64,000 bases of DNA from Octopus vulgaris (GCA_951406725.2 OX597827.1:65286001-65350000), one strand, 5' to 3'. Positions 13,431 through 28,911 are shown, counted from the stretch's first letter. Numbers and translations are program-made. Notes: generated from the sequence alone by a model not told the origin.

Positions 13431-13600
13431 CATACATATATACGACAGGCTTCTTTCAGTTTCCGTCTACCAAATCCACTCACAAGGCATTGGTCGGCCC
13501 GGGGCTATAGCAGAAGACACTTGCCCAAGATGCCACGCAGTGGGACTGAACCCGGAACCATGTGGTTGGTTAACAAACTACTTACCACACAGCCACTCCT
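13153..13600 (-). mobile_element. SINE family A, full length
   Basis: Reverse complement of family A including (gtaaaaga)n tail and internal (CA)(TA) tract. Confidence 0.92.
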
Positions 13601-13884
13601 ATAGATCAATTTAAACATTAAAACGTTTACCATTACGTAGAATCAACCCGATGCTGCATCTTTACGTAATTAATTATTATGTGGTCATTATTAAGACCAC
13701 TCACACCGCTTACATATGGAAATTTTCTGGAAAAATATAAATACTATCTATTGATTAAAAGCAAGCAATCAGAAGCAGGGTAATAAGATAAATGATAATT
13801 TATAGACATAATTAAATAAGCATTTTAATAAATCTCAAAAGTGTTTACTGATATAAGTAGACGTAACTGTATAAAAATATTGCA

Positions 13885-13939
<55 letters not shown>

Positions 13940-14068
13940 TATAAATACATACATAGATATATTTATATATATATAAATATATATATATATATGTATATAT
14001 ACGTATATGTATATATATGTTTATATATACATGTATATATATATATATGTATATCTATATGTATATAA

Positions 14069-14111
<43 letters not shown>

Positions 14112-14227
14112 TATATATATACATATACATGTATATATACGCTTATATATATGTATATATATATGTTTACATATATATATATATGTATATATATGTTTAT
14201 ATATATATGTTTGTGTATATACGCTTA

Positions 14228-15462
14228 CGAGGGGCGTTCAATAAGTAATGCCTCTGACCCACTTGCAGTTGTTTAATATAGGCAAATTACAGCTCTGAAC
14301 TAATTGTGGTTTCTGATTTACAGGTGTTTGAACTGAGTCAAGTGTGAAACGGAGCCTGTTGAGTGTCGAGCAGTGATGCGGTTTTTGTATTTGAAAGGAC
14401 GCACACCACGGGAGACTTTTGATGAAATAAAAGTAACTTATGGTGATGACGCCCCATCATATGATCTTGTAAAACACTGGCATCGTGAATTCAAACATGG
14501 TCGGAACTTTGTGGAAACAGCTCCCAGATCTGGTCGCCCCCTTCTGCCATTGATGAGGCATCTGTCCGTCAAGTTGAGGCTGCCATTTTGGAAGATCGAC
14601 GCATAGCTATTCGCCAAATAGCCCATGAGGTTAAGATTAGTACCGGGTTTGTGGAAACTATCATTCATGACCATTTGCATATGCAAAAGGTTTCTGCCAG
14701 ATGGATTCCCAGGCTGCTCACACCTTTCCAGAAGCAAGAACGCGTCGATAGCGCGAGGATGAATTTGAAGATGTGCCAAGAAGATGAGTCAACTTTTTTC
14801 AAAAGACTGATTATACAGGATGAAACCTGGGTCCATCACTATGATCCATAGACCAAAGCCCAGTCAATGCAGGGGAAGCACCGTGTCTCACCTCCTCCAA
14901 AGAAGGCAAGGGTGCAGCCCTCCGCTGGCAAGGTCATGCTCACAGTCTTCTGGGACCAGGACGGAGTAGTGATGACAGATTTCTTGGCAAAGGGTGCCAC
15001 AATTACAGGAGTCTATTATGCTTCACTTTTGAGGAAATTAAGAGAAGCTATCAAAATCAAGAGGCGGGGCAAGATCAGCAAAGGCATCCTCCTCCTGCAG
15101 GACAACGCTCCGATCCACAACTCGCGTGTCGCCAGATCAGAAGCACAGGCGTGCGGCTATGAACTCATCCCCCATCTCCTGACCTGCACCCTCTGATTTT
15201 CACCTCTTCCCAGCCATGAAGTTGTTTTTGAAAGGAAAGCGTTTCCCAGATGATGCAGCCTTGATTTCTGAAGTCACGTCGTGGTTGGAGGACCAAGCTG
15301 GGGTCTTCTACAAAAACGGTCTTCAGAGCTGCATCAAACGATGGGAGAAATGCGTAGCTCTGGGTGGTTCCTATGTTGAAAAAGACTAATAACTGTGCCA
15401 AGTTTCGTTGCTCTACTACTATGGGAAGTGGGTCAGGGGCATTACTTATTGAACGCCCCTCG
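14228..15462 (+). mobile_element. full-length mariner DNA transposon (DD34D), inactivated
   Basis: TIRs cgaggggcgttcaataagtaatgcc / ggcattacttattgaacgcccctcg, TA TSD, inserted in a TA-rich tract; 1235 bp. Confidence 0.96.
14349..15389 (+). pseudogene. mariner transposase pseudogene
   Basis: ORF pieces 14373-14606, 14588-14851, 14867-15196 with KVSARWIPRLLT, DETWVHHYDP, KVMLTVFWD, LLQDNAPIH and an SPDL..SDFHLF remnant; start codon mutated (ACG), frameshifts and a stop. Confidence 0.93.
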
Positions 15463-16533
15463 TATATATATGTACATATATATGTATATATATATATATA
15501 TATACATATGTATGTATATATATATTTATACACTCGATCTAATCGACTTCCCCATCTCTCTTCCCGATATATGAGGTCTAGTGCGTATAGAAGAAGGAAT
15601 TATTTATAATCGCTCTGTATTTTCGCTTGTGTTTAAAAATATTTTAAAATAGTGTAAAGCTAATGAATAATCATCACTCCTCTGCTCTTTTGCGTGGCCG
15701 TCCTATACCTGCAATTTCCCATCCATTCGACATGTAAAATCGGTTCTCAGTGAGCGGTGTCTACATCAGCAGTGCGGCCAATGCAATCTTGTACGTATCG
15801 AATTGTTCAGGTTGAGACTTCACCAAGCAACATTCTTCTCCTCTCCAACGGTACGCACGAAAGCTAATTCTTTCTCCTTCAAATGTTACTCGCCACTCAT
15901 AGAACTAAATTCAGTGGGAAGGTGTCTCCCCAGTGTTTATGCCATTTGAATGCATATAATAGTGATAGATTAGCGTAGGTGTAAGATGCGAAACGGCAAT
16001 TATACTTCTATATTTTATGGTCGGACTGTTCATTAAGAGATAGGTAAGTATTTCAAATGTCATTTCACCTTAACGTCAAAGTTGCGTTTGCGATGCCATC
16101 ATAATATAAGCGACTTATGCTCAAAATTATCTAGTGATTAACGCATTAATTATCGTAATATCGATTATTAACAAGAACTTAGGTATAATGTGGACATAAT
16201 TAAGTTCATTGATCGATTTTATAGACATTGATTGCGACACCACTCACCTTTTATGATGATAGTATTCCACAACGGCTGGTCATGTCAATTGGACCATAAC
16301 CATTTTGAAAAGGAGAGTTAACAACATGGACTCTTGTGGATGATCAACAACTTGAAATCTTTTAAACATAGTACCATTTACCCACATTCAAAAGCCATAG
16401 CCCGATACTACGGGCATATGATTAGAACGTAGCGTGTTTTATCTTATATTTAATCTTTCTATAATATGTAATTTTTCTAAATGATATAATTAAATTTTTC
16501 ATTATTGAATTGATAAAAGGTGGGTTTTTTCCA

Positions 16534-16602
<69 letters not shown>

Positions 16603-16779
16603 ATATTTTGTGAAATTTGATTTAGTATTTCTAAATTGAATGTTTCCCTGTATGTTTGGAATAATATTCCCACATATTATATATTATATACATATATATA
16701 TATATATATATTTATGTATATATTTGTATATACATATACTTGTATGTATATATATAATTTGTATGTATATTTATATTTA

Positions 16780-16851
<72 letters not shown>

Positions 16852-17882
16852 TGTATGTATTTGCATGTGTGTGTATACGTGTCGTATTAGTATGGCTTTA
16901 CCAATTATATACATTACATTCTTCTTATCATTAAAGTGAGACTGTGTTAAGTTAACACCAACTAAACTATAATATTTCATTCAGTAATCGCTATTAAGTT
17001 ACTACTTTTTCGTAGTTCACTCACGATATTTGTACAATGATATCAGGAGATGTCACTGAACGTGTGTACAAGGAGTGAATAACATTGTACTCAAGTGCTA
17101 TTCAATGTAAATATAAAAGGACAATGAGTAAAATATTACAGATACATAGACACGTATATAACACAAAAAGACACACACACACAAACACACATACAGGTAC
17201 CTATATATATACACACGTTCATATTATGATATATGACAACGTTCGAGCCACATTAGAATCACGGGAAAAGAAAAACATGATGGCGGCTATAGTTTTCAAC
17301 TATAAAGTAGTTATAAGAATTTCAAAGAGTCCACAGATGTTTTCGACTGTATATCCGCTCTCCAGCTGGGTAGATTTCTGGAGGTGATCGATTAAACCTT
17401 TCCGTATTATATGAAGTGAAACAAAATAGATAATGTCATGGTTACATATACACTAGTGTTTCAGTGTATGTATGTGTGTATGTATGAATGTATGTATGTA
17501 TGAATATATGCACGTATATATATATATATATGTGATTGTAGACACTAACACACACACACACATATATGGAGAGAGACACACACACACACGGCTGGATGTG
17601 TGGATGTGTATATAGTGACAGAACAGACGAAATTAGCTCTCACATATGAATGCATAAGCATTCATACACCCACATTTATTAATACCTATCCGCACACAGA
17701 TATGCACACGTATGTGCATACACACACACACATATATATATATACATATATACAAACATGTATATACATATATACATATATGTATTTATATGTATATCTT
17801 TTTGCGTATATGTATGTGCATACACACACACGCACACACACATGTGCGTGTGGGTATATATGTCGCTCTCTCTCTCTCTACG

Positions 17883-17918
<36 letters not shown>

Positions 17919-18746
17919 AAGAGAGAGACATATATACAAACATGTATATACATATATGCATACGTGTATTCATATGTATATCTTTTTGTGTATATGTATG
18001 TGCATAAACACACACAACCACATGCGCACATTCGAACGCAAGCATTCTCACACACTCACACACACAGAATCACACACACACACACACAAACACACACATA
18101 TATTTTGTTAAATATAGAAGAGTATATATCTGATTGGATGTATGTAACAATGTTCAACCTTCACAAGGTTTTCGGCAATTTTCAATATTTAGAAATATCT
18201 CAAAATATATACAAACATGTACCTGAAAAACATTTAAACATATTTAAGAACCTCTTATAAAATTTCATAATACGTGTACGTATCCGATAAAATATCTATA
18301 TGCGTCAGTGTGCATATATGAATGTGAGTCCGGTTATGAAGAATTTAACCAATATGTCAGTATTGTTCGCTGTTTACTGTTCAGCATCTCTAATTGATTC
18401 GTTGTACTTATAGGTTTCCATTAAATGATGAATAGATATCTATATATTTATCAAATATATTCATAAAAAATATTTCTAATTTTTGAATTATACGTGTCTC
18501 ACTCTCTCGCTTTCGCTCTCTCTGCATACACTCACCCCATATATGTGTATGTATACACACACACACACACATATATATTTATATGTATACACACAATATA
18601 TATATATACGTATGTATATATGGATAGGTATCTATCTATCCATATTAATATATATATATATATATCTAAATTCGTGTAGATGTATATTTAAATAAATATA
18701 TTCATATATATACGTATATGTAAATGTATATATATGTGCATGTGTG

Positions 18747-18805
<59 letters not shown>

Positions 18806-19444
18806 GTACTTTGGCTAAATATATATCTTTATATACATGTATGTATTTATTGATATACATATGCATGCATGTCTATGTGAAACTATATATATGTATGTAT
18901 GTATATATATATATATATATATAAGTGCTTATGTGAATACGTATATATATATATATATATATATTGATAAATATATGTAAATACACACGCAGACACAAAC
19001 ACGCACACACACTAACATACAAACACACACATTTTAACATGAAATATTCCTTTTCCTTTGATAGTAAACAATAGCAAGCATGTTTATTAATTCGTGGATC
19101 ACATGCAGCTTCATACATGTAACTCACATCTATTCTTTCTTTAATTAAGCCTTCATCTCTTCCTTCTGTTTCCACTGATAGTATCTAAGCTATATCCTTT
19201 GTTTGTTAACATTTTCATCGTAGCTGCCTAACCCAACCCAACCATAGACCTCCCGTTCTCCTGGTACTACTGCACTTGAATTGTGTTTCCAATATTCTCG
19301 GCATATGACCATTGCTCTAAAAATTTGTAAACAAGTTGTTTATGATATATTCGCTAAGGCTTCTTATTGCTTAATTAAAATCCAAATATATACTTCTGCA
19401 TTTACGAAGTCACTTACGCTACTTAACTGCCTGTATTCCTATTA

Positions 19445-19630
19445 TTCTTTTGCTTTTCTGCTGCCATGCTGGAGCACCGCATTTAAGTGGAAGAAATCCA
19501 CCCGAGGACTTATTCGTTGTAAGCTTAGTACTTATCCTATAGGTCTCTTTTGCCGAACCGCTAATTTACAGGGACATAAACACAACATCCGTTGTCAAGC
19601 CACGGTGCGGGGACAAACACACACACACAC
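19445..19630 (-). mobile_element. SINE family A, 3' half
   Basis: gccatgctggagcaccgc...ggtctcttttgccgaaccgctaa. Confidence 0.8.
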
Positions 19631-19637
19631 CTATTTA

Positions 19638-20685
19638 TAGTGGTAGGACAAAATAATGGAAACACCTAGCGTCATAGCATCATAACATTGAAATACCTAT
19701 AAAACCGTCAAAAACTTGTATATTTTTCTTTTTTTTTTATTTATTATAAATTTATTATAAAATTTTATTTATTAATATGTTTTGCTAAAATTGCCTTTTC
19801 TTTTCAGATATCATCAGAACAAGGTAATTAAAATTTATTATAATGAGAGATGTATAGGACTTTCAAAGAGGACAAATTGTTGGTGTTCGTATGGCAGCCG
19901 GTAGCGCAGCGAAAACAGTCGAAATGCTTGGTGTATCAAGAAAACCTGTCTCCAACGTAATGACATCCTTTTAGAATGAAGGGAAAACCTCCTCGTCGAA
20001 ACAAAACTCCGGAAGAAAACCAAACCTTTCAAGTGGGGACCGTCGGACACTTACGCAAATTGTTAGAAAGGAGCATAGAATTACAGCTTCCAAAATCACC
20101 ACAGAGCTTAATGTCCACCTCGAGTAGCCAGTTTCCACAAAAAGTGTGCACCAGGAGCTGCACAAATCCGGATTTCACGGGAGGGCTGCAATAAGAAAAT
20201 CACTTCTTTCAAAAACGTTGCAAAGCGTTTAGAATGGAGTAAAAGACTACAGAATTGGTCCCTAGACCAGTGGAAGAAGGTTATTGTCTCGGACGAATCA
20301 TCCTTTACCTTGTTTCCGAATGCCGGCCGAGTATACGTGTGTAGATAGCCAAAAGAAGCATTTGACTCAGACTACCTTCTTCCAAATGTTAAACACGGAG
20401 AATGATCTGTGATGATCTGGGTTCCTATATCTTGGAAATTCGCCGGCCCGATGGTTTCCCTTTATGGGAGAATTAATACTGAACACTATTTAAGCATCTT
20501 ATCTAATCAAATTCATCCTATGTTTGCGGAACTGTTTCCGGAGGGAAACGCAATCTTTCACGATGATAACGCACCAATTCACCCAGCAAACGTTGTTACT
20601 GAATGGCACGAGGAACATTCTAGTGCAGTTGAACATCTTATCTGGCTACCAAAGTCCCCAGATCTCAATATTATGGAACATCGAA
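19638..20685 (+). mobile_element. Tc1-family transposon (DD34E), 3' truncated, pseudogenised
   Basis: Left end TA|tagtggtaggacaaaataatggaaacacc; motifs SGRKP, WKKVIVSDESSF, VMIW..ISW, FHDDNAPIH, SPDLNIMEH with stops and frameshifts; no right TIR seen. Confidence 0.9.
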
Positions 20686-21139
20686 GCGTTAAAGACTTTT
20701 TCATTTCCCGAGCGTTATACTAATACATATGCTAGCTAGCTAGCTTTCTATCAATATATCTTTGTCTGTCCGTCCGTCTGTCTGTCTGTCTTTCGTCCTT
20801 CCACCCGTCCGTCTTTCTGTCTATCTATACATGTATCTGTTTGGTGCGACGCATCGTATTGCTCAGGATATACGAACTGATTATGTAATTAATGACTCCG
20901 AACTTCAGTTACATGTTGCGCTTCACACAGCATATGTATATTCTGTATATACATACATTATATACACGTCTACGTACATTTTACATCACATCAAAAGAGA
21001 CTCGCATTTCATTACATGTTTCAGAAGAAGCTAATGGCACGTGAGAAAGCTTAGGGAACTGTATAAAACATAGAGCCGCCAAAAAAGATGAAACGAAAGA
21101 AACGCCAAAAAGTCAACAAATTACGTCATATGTAAACAA

Positions 21140-21640
21140 ACATAAGTTTGTCTTTGAAGCGCTTGTCAGGTTGTACCCTCTCCCTGACCACGGCTTTCAA
21201 CCGATTCTGATGAAACTTGACACACACATAGCCCAATGTCATAATTCAAAACTGACGCAGCGAAAATTTTGAAAAGTCTCCCCAGTTCTGAAGAAAATCG
21301 ATGAATTCGACATGGGGTCGAGAATCTAAGCTTTTTATTTGCAACACATTTTCTGTTGTAGTTTTCGCAACTTGCAATCGATTTTCACCAAACTCATGGT
21401 GAAGCTTAATATTACCCTAAGAAACTTAATTCTGACATTAGCTTTCCATGCAATACATTACCATCAGAAAAAAATCGATAAAATCATGCCATTTTGGGAA
21501 ATCGTGTTCAAATTCAAGATGACGTATCTTTCGACAGTATCTTTCACAAATTGGCAGGAATTTTTTAAAAATTCACAGCAAGCATCATGTCTGCTCCAGG
21601 GGCTCTTACATACCCGGGGAATGCCGGGCTATGCTGCTAG
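21140..21640 (+). mobile_element. non-autonomous Helitron
   Basis: 3' hairpin cccggggaatgccggg followed by ctgCTAG|T; internal caaccgattctgatgaaacttgac motif typical of such elements; 5' boundary approximate. Confidence 0.7.
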
Positions 21641-22436
21641 TTTACTATATTACACATAGAAAGATATATTTTTTCAACGCTTATGTACTGATAGAACAGC
21701 ATATATAGGATATGCCGTTGTATCAGTAATTACACGTTGAAAAAATATATCTCTCTACTTCAAATCTATAACGATTTTTATCCCCGTTCCTACATACTGA
21801 AATCGTGAACCATTGCAGTAGTATTTAGTTTGATAATAATTTGTATCATGTGAGAAATTAATTAAATCATTATTCATACAGTGATTTAGCGTAATAATTA
21901 TTATTCAAATTGATTTCTTTGAAAAGTTAACAATGGAACGAGATTCTAAACAAACAATAAACATGCAAGATGGCCGCTGCTCATTGCGTGTCAGTATAGG
22001 AATGAAATGCCAAGAAATCTTACATTAAATGTTATTCTGTTGGCGTAGCGTAACGATTAATACTATTTGAATGTAAGGTGAAACCAAGAGATTTGTATCC
22101 CCTTCTTAACTTTATATGAAACACGTCAGATACATACCATATGAATTGGAATGGCGTCTGAGTGTCTCTCTCTTTATATATATATCTCTCTACATTTTCT
22201 CTTCCTCTCTCAGTGTCTCTCACTTTGCAATGCAATTAACCTTTACAAAATATTTGGCGAGTGCATCGCTGGCCATTAAATGGGAGGTCATTTTACATAT
22301 CTCCAAATCGTTCCAATATTAGTGTATGTGTGTGTATGTGTAAATTGGTGTGCATGTGTGTGCGTGTGTGTGTGTGTTTCAGATCATTATTTCTACGTAT
22401 GTGTCTGCATATATGTATACACGTATATGTATACAA

Positions 22437-22543
<107 letters not shown>

Positions 22544-22641
22544 TACTTGGATAACAATATTCATACACAAACATGCACATACATTATATATATCGTTATA
22601 CATTATATATATATCTATATCTATATCTATATCTATATCTG

Positions 22642-22707
<66 letters not shown>

Positions 22708-23558
22708 TTGGGTTTGTTTCGTCAAACATTGTACTCCTGTCTAAACTTGAGGTTATTATCAAGAGTATTCTGTAACTTGAGTATCATTTATGTGGGTGGA
22801 AACAAAATATTTCTGTGTTGGAATATAGAACATGCGGAAAGAAGAGAATTGTATGTTATCACATTTCAAATAAGGCCGCTAGTTTCATGGGAGTGTGTGA
22901 CAATTATTTTGACAAGGTTCTTCTAAATAAGGTAACATAATATCCATATGCAAGAAGGCAGATATTAGAATATGAGATATTTATCGTTGTCAAATTTTAT
23001 GTTTTTTGTTAGAAATATTGGAAATAAAGCCCGGTAAATACTAAATAGAAGAGCGAAGAGAAAAAAGAGCGAAACAATAAGCAAAACATAAAAAGGCAAG
23101 GAAGAAATCTTTCTTAATATGTAAAGAAATATACGTAAACCTCCTTTTTGTAGGGATCTAATTTGCTATCAGGCGTAGAGTCTTAAATATTCTGATGTTT
23201 CTAGATGAAATGAATATAAGAAGCCTCGTGTTTAAGATTATAATACAAAAATGTGCTGATACGGTAGATAAAAGCGGCAAGTATACTGCAAGATAATTAC
23301 AGAAATGATTTTGTAGCGTATTAGTTTATCAATATATTAATTCCTGAATGCAAACAATGAATTATCTACAGGTATGTATTAATATATTAATGGATTATCC
23401 CTCGTTATTTTCGGGAATACAACGGTAACCACGACCGAATAGTTTTGAGCTAAGGCCTTACAAATGCACTCCTACGTCTGAAGTTTGACGTAAACACTAC
23501 CTCAAACATTATTATTCATCTTTATGAATTGCTTTATGAAATGTGAATGTATTTGTTA

Positions 23559-24708
23559 ATTACATGGAAAAATGCCAGCGAGGGAAATAATATATTCTTA
23601 AGATTATAAACCTGGAAAATTACTGGACAAGTTATTACAACTGGAATAGTTATGGACAACTTATTACATCTGGTAAAATACAGAACAAGAACATTTTTAC
23701 TTAAAATATTGCAGCTAAGGAGAAAATTTCAAATAAAATATTTAGATGTAGAAAATATTAGTTTGACAAAAAAAGAAAGGAAAAAAGAGAGTCACTTACT
23801 GTAATATGTTTTCTTTTTGCGTAACACTATTGCCCAAGGTTCCCGTGGTCTTTTCCGTAGGCTTTTCTATCCACGGACAAGTCTAATCTGTTTTTCCTTT
23901 TTACACGATCCCTATTGATCAGCCTACTTCTTGTTTTCTTTTCACGATCCATTTTGATCGGAATTCGACCCCCTTTTTTCCTGCTCTTCTTCTCCGAAAG
24001 AAAAGCTCTACTTTGCATTTTGTCCCTTCTATTTTCAGCCCTGCGTGGCCAATAAGGAAATCTATTAAAACTAAAAAAATTATAACAAGTTATTACTTTT
24101 ATTTGTTATTACTTGCTACTTCTATTAAACATTAAAAATAACTCAAATATCTTTTGCACTTTAAAAAAAATCATTTTTTCATTATCTATTAATAAGAAAT
24201 TTGAAAATAGGTTATAAAAAGATAGTAGTACATACTTAGTACAATAAATAGAATAATACAAAACTTAGTTATATATCACAGTAAAATCTACCTATAACAA
24301 CAAATTCACAGTAAAATTTGCTTGAGTTATTGCCTAAGTTATTGCCAAGTCTTCACATTTATAGTCTTGACCCAATGCCTATTTTTTACATAAGGAATTT
24401 GCCCACCATATATACTATTCTACTTGGCATAAAACTTCAGCTATATTGGACCCTCTGGTTCTCACTTTGTAAGTATTCAATGTTTTAACAAATGATGGCA
24501 CACTTTTTAAATTTCTTACTTTGTAAGTTAAAATAAAATAGATTAACATTCAAATTTTACCCTTAGCTGCAATATTTTAAGTAAACATTTTCTTGTTTTG
24601 TAATAAGTTATCCTGAACTATTCAAAGTGTAATAACTTGTCCTGTAATTTTCCAGGATTATAATCTTAAGAATATTATTTTGCTTGCTCGCACAGGTTTC
24701 CATGTAAT
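23559..24708. mobile_element. foldback/MITE-like DNA element with ~170-bp imperfect TIRs
   Basis: 23559-23730 matches the reverse complement of 24551-24708 (attacatggaaa...ttcttaagattata...cctggaaaattac...aaaatattgcagctaagg). Confidence 0.75.
23830..24062 (+). mobile_element. LINE 3'UTR fragment (putative L1/Tx1) nested in foldback element
   Basis: Homologous to 3360-3475 and 44882-44970; ends cagccctgcgtggccaataaggaaat. Confidence 0.6.
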
Positions 24709-25648
24709 CCATTGTTTTCCAGGTTATGAATCTCTTGTGTCTTACTTGGACAAAATTTTATGTGGTGGAAATACAATGTTATGGCAACCATATCGGTGAC
24801 ATATTAATAATGCGTACTGTGGATATAAGTGTATTTTAAGTAAGTTCAAGAATTTAACGACTGTGCCGTCTGAAGTTATAAAGATTATGCCAATTAATTC
24901 CGTTATTTCTAACACTACGTAGTTCTTTGTGAGAACTGCTCTGTTCAAGATATAACTTAATTTCTTGAAAGTTACATTTAACGACGTTTTCAAAATAGCA
25001 ATGAGTTCTTTACTAAATTAGCTTATGAAAGTGAATTTTAGAAATTCTGAATGAGGCATAGCTGACGATAACAGTTTCGCAAATTCATGTATATAGTCAA
25101 TATACGTTAAAATTTCTGAAGTGATATCTCTACCAAACACATACCTCCCCAAACACAATTTAGATTACTATTCTTAACTCAATATCGTCGTAGTTAATGA
25201 TCATTTTACGTGCATATAGTTGATGACAATGTCAGTCATTTTAATATTAATTTCAAATTTTAGCACAAGGCTAGTAACTTCAGGGGAGAGTTCAGCGGAT
25301 ATGTCCATTACATCAACACCAGTGTACTTCTTTTATCGCCTCCAAAGAGAAGAAAGAAAATATTCAGAATTAACACAGGTTATAGGAATATAAACCTTCT
25401 TCCACCAAAAGATAGCTTAAACTGTGCTCTAAATGGAGGTGTAGTCAAATCCTATTTTATGGACTCAACCATGTTCTAAAATAAGTCGAAAGGTAAGCTA
25501 CTATAAATCGGCGCGAACTTTCCGGACAACCTAATACAATCAGGAACACAAAAACCTAAACCCGTATTTACATTTTAAATCAAAATCTGAATTCAGATTT
25601 AAAAGCTATCCGTAAGTTTATGCCAGACAAGAACGCTCACTACGTGCG

Positions 25649-25714
<66 letters not shown>

Positions 25715-26041
25715 TGTGTGTATTTATTTCTCCATTTATTACAAAAAATTGTGATACACCTCAACCTACTAATGTGTTTATATTATCTAATTATTCTATT
25801 CCGTTACTTCTTTACGTCATTAACGTAATGGATATGATTTATTTATTATCCATAATACAGTTAGACATTTTCATACTAATATCTGCTATAGACACATTTC
25901 TCTATTTAGCTACTTATGTAAAAGCTAGCTTAAAGCGCTTAAGAATCTGACGAAAATTAAAATATTTCACACTAACCAAATATGATTTGATAACTTCCTG
26001 TATTAATGTAATACATATAGAGTTAAGTAATCCAGACAAGC

Positions 26042-26214
26042 AAGGCAGCGAATAGGAAGAACCGTCCTTCTTTATATTCCGTGTTCAAATAATGCCGAGG
26101 TTGTATTTACCTTTCAAATTTACGCGGTCGATAAAATAAGTACCAGCTGAGCATTGGGGTCCATATAATAGACGTATACCCTCCTCCGAAATTGCTGGTC
26201 TTGTGCTAAATATG
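26042..26214 (+). mobile_element. degenerate SINE family B (host of nested SINE C)
   Basis: gttcaaataatgccgagg...gtcgataaaataagtaccag; continues after 26520. Confidence 0.7.
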
Positions 26215-26519
26215 TGGAGGTACATGACCTAGTCGTTAGAGCAGCGGGCTCGTGGTCGAGGGATTGCGGGTTCAAATCTTAGATCGGGCGATGTGTGTGT
26301 CGATGAGCGAAACGCCTAAGCACCACGTGGGTCCGTCGGAAGGTAATGGCGAACTTCTGCTGACTCTTTCGCCAAAACTTTCTCTCACTCTTTCCTCCTG
26401 CATTTTGCAGCTCACCTGCGACGGACCGACGTCCCGTTTGGGTAGGGAACCTATACGCCAAGTAAACCGGGAACTCGGCCCTTATGAGCCAGGCGTGCCT
26501 CGAGAAGGAACAAACAACA
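26215..26519 (+). mobile_element. SINE family C (3' type 2) with 18-bp TSD
   Basis: Perfect TSD ggtcttgtgctaaatatg at 26197-26214 and 26520-26537; tRNA-like head; aaca-repeat tail. Confidence 0.92.
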
Positions 26520-28868
26520 GGTCTTGTGCTAAATATGAAACCAAATAATAGATTTTCACTGGAAACCTTTATCTGTTGCATCTAACCGTACCAGCTATCA
26601 AATAATTATACCACACTAGTTTCTCAATTAAAATTCTATCCAATATTAAAATTCCACAGGATTTATAGATTCTTCTAAAATATTTATGAAATAAATTCTA
26701 CAGCTGAAAGATCGTTCAGACTCAGACACCTACTTTTCATTAAACAACTAGTCACTTCTTTTCTTACTATTAAAAATATGAACTATAAAGACGATTTAAT
26801 TTTATGATAATAAATTTAGTATATTATACGATTTTAAAGCATTTATAATTTTTCAGTAAAGCAATCTAACACGTGAATACGAGATATTTGCCAGTGATAT
26901 ATCTTATTCAATATTTAGGCCATCTTTTACATAAACACATCTGACTTTAAAATTTTACATATACTCCGTTAAAATTCCACATATACAGCCTTAAATTTAG
27001 AAACTCCATTTAAAGGTGTAAAGTCATCTTGGTGAATGCATTTCTCATAACATCATAATCAGTAACTGATCTTATGTAATTCGAAATCTTTAGTGAAATG
27101 ACCAAGACACTTTCTATATTCCATTTTTGACAAAAAGGTGAACTGGTAAAGGTCTGTTGCTATATTTCTTCCTATATTAAGCCCGAAGTTAACTTTGTTT
27201 CCTGTTTCCTCTTTGATTCCTCTTCTTTCTTACTTTTCTATCTAGTAGCATTCGTTTTTCTTATCTCTTTTTTTTTCCTTTCACGCAAAAATTATTCGAA
27301 AAATTGACACCAAAAAAATCTATTTCTGTGTCTGTTGACTTATTAATGTCGACTTTTTTTCTTCTCACGATTTCTCTAAGAAATGGTAAACACTGATGTT
27401 AATATATATCAAATACATAAATAAATACAAGAAAAATGTCTATTTCATAAGTAAATTTTACAAAATTTCCATATTTAGAAGTATAACAGGAATAGCTCCT
27501 CCCACTTTTAAAGAGGTACAGAAAATTATTATTAATTTTGTTTATTTTCATTAATTTTCCTTCCAAATTAAATTTCCATCGATAATATCCTCATTTGGAA
27601 TGCGATTGGTATATATTGCGAATTAAAAGATATAATTTTTAGAATGCAATCATTTGTGTTCGAGTTTGAGGGGGGCTCTCTTGTATAAGTGCAGTAAACA
27701 TTCGTATATATGTGCGCGTGTCCACTGTGTATATGTTTTTGTGTTTGTGTGTGTTTGTGTGTATACTTGTATACGGCGCATGGCCAAGTGGGTAGAGTGT
27801 TGTACACCCGATTGCGTTATCGTGTTTCAGTTTTCTAATACTGTCAATTTGCTTGACATTAATAGATCTTTTGCCGTCTTAACTGCAGTTTCAAACACAG
27901 TCTTTCGTAACGTATTTTCAACTTTGTCACCATTATATTTTGCTTCCAGCAACACATCATTAAGTATGTTTGAACTGAATTAAATATCTGCTCATAAGTA
28001 CCCTGAGCTTATACTTGCTCCTTTAAGAAACCCATATCACATTTCCATTTTGACATATAATCAAATTATATATATCATTAATACAAATTAACTCATAAAC
28101 TTAATTTTGTGGTATTTCACCATTCCTAATATTCATCTTGTACACTTCCTTATCATTTCCTGTCTTGCTCTTTCCAGTTCTATTATTTTTTGCAACACCT
28201 AACTTCTAATGGGGAATAAATCCCAGTCGTAGCCATTACATATATGTTTATGATTACATATATTAAATGACATTGTTCCACCATCAACTGCTACTTCAGT
28301 GTAATTATCTAGACTTTTTCTGATCTCTTACTACCGATCAATATAATATTCGAGTAGTCTTTTATCGACTATTAATATATTTTAAAATACTACCGTTGTC
28401 GTATGTACGATAGAAAATTACACTAAGGTTAATTTCAACTATCAGATTATCCGTTTCGGTTATAAAGTTCCAAAGTGCCGAAGGATATTCGCATTGTCAT
28501 TTTCCGAAAATAGCAGATTGACAGAGGAGTCATGAAATAAATTGTTAGTGTAAGATGAGGTGGAAATATAAAGTTGAATATGATGCTGGCGATGCTGATT
28601 TTGATGATGATGATGATGACAGCGGTGACGGTGAGGATGATGGTCCTGATAAATGAAGACGATGGTGGATAATGATGATAGCGATGACGAACACGTGGGA
28701 TGAAAGCGGTAACGGTGCAGAAATACGTGGAAGACAAACGAGGAAACAGGGGGAGAAGATGAAAAAGACAAAAAAGGAGTAGAAGATGGAGAAGAATGAA
28801 TAGGGGGAAGGAAATAAGATGATGATAATGAAGAAGAGACCCTGGAAGATGATCGCTTATTATTATTA

Positions 28869-28908
<40 letters not shown>

Positions 28909-28911
28909 GAT

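Noticed and set aside
27840-28330. Possible ancient LINE RT remnant on the minus strand (also 15670-15860)
   Set aside because: Only faint motif resemblance with many stops; not supportable without a profile search
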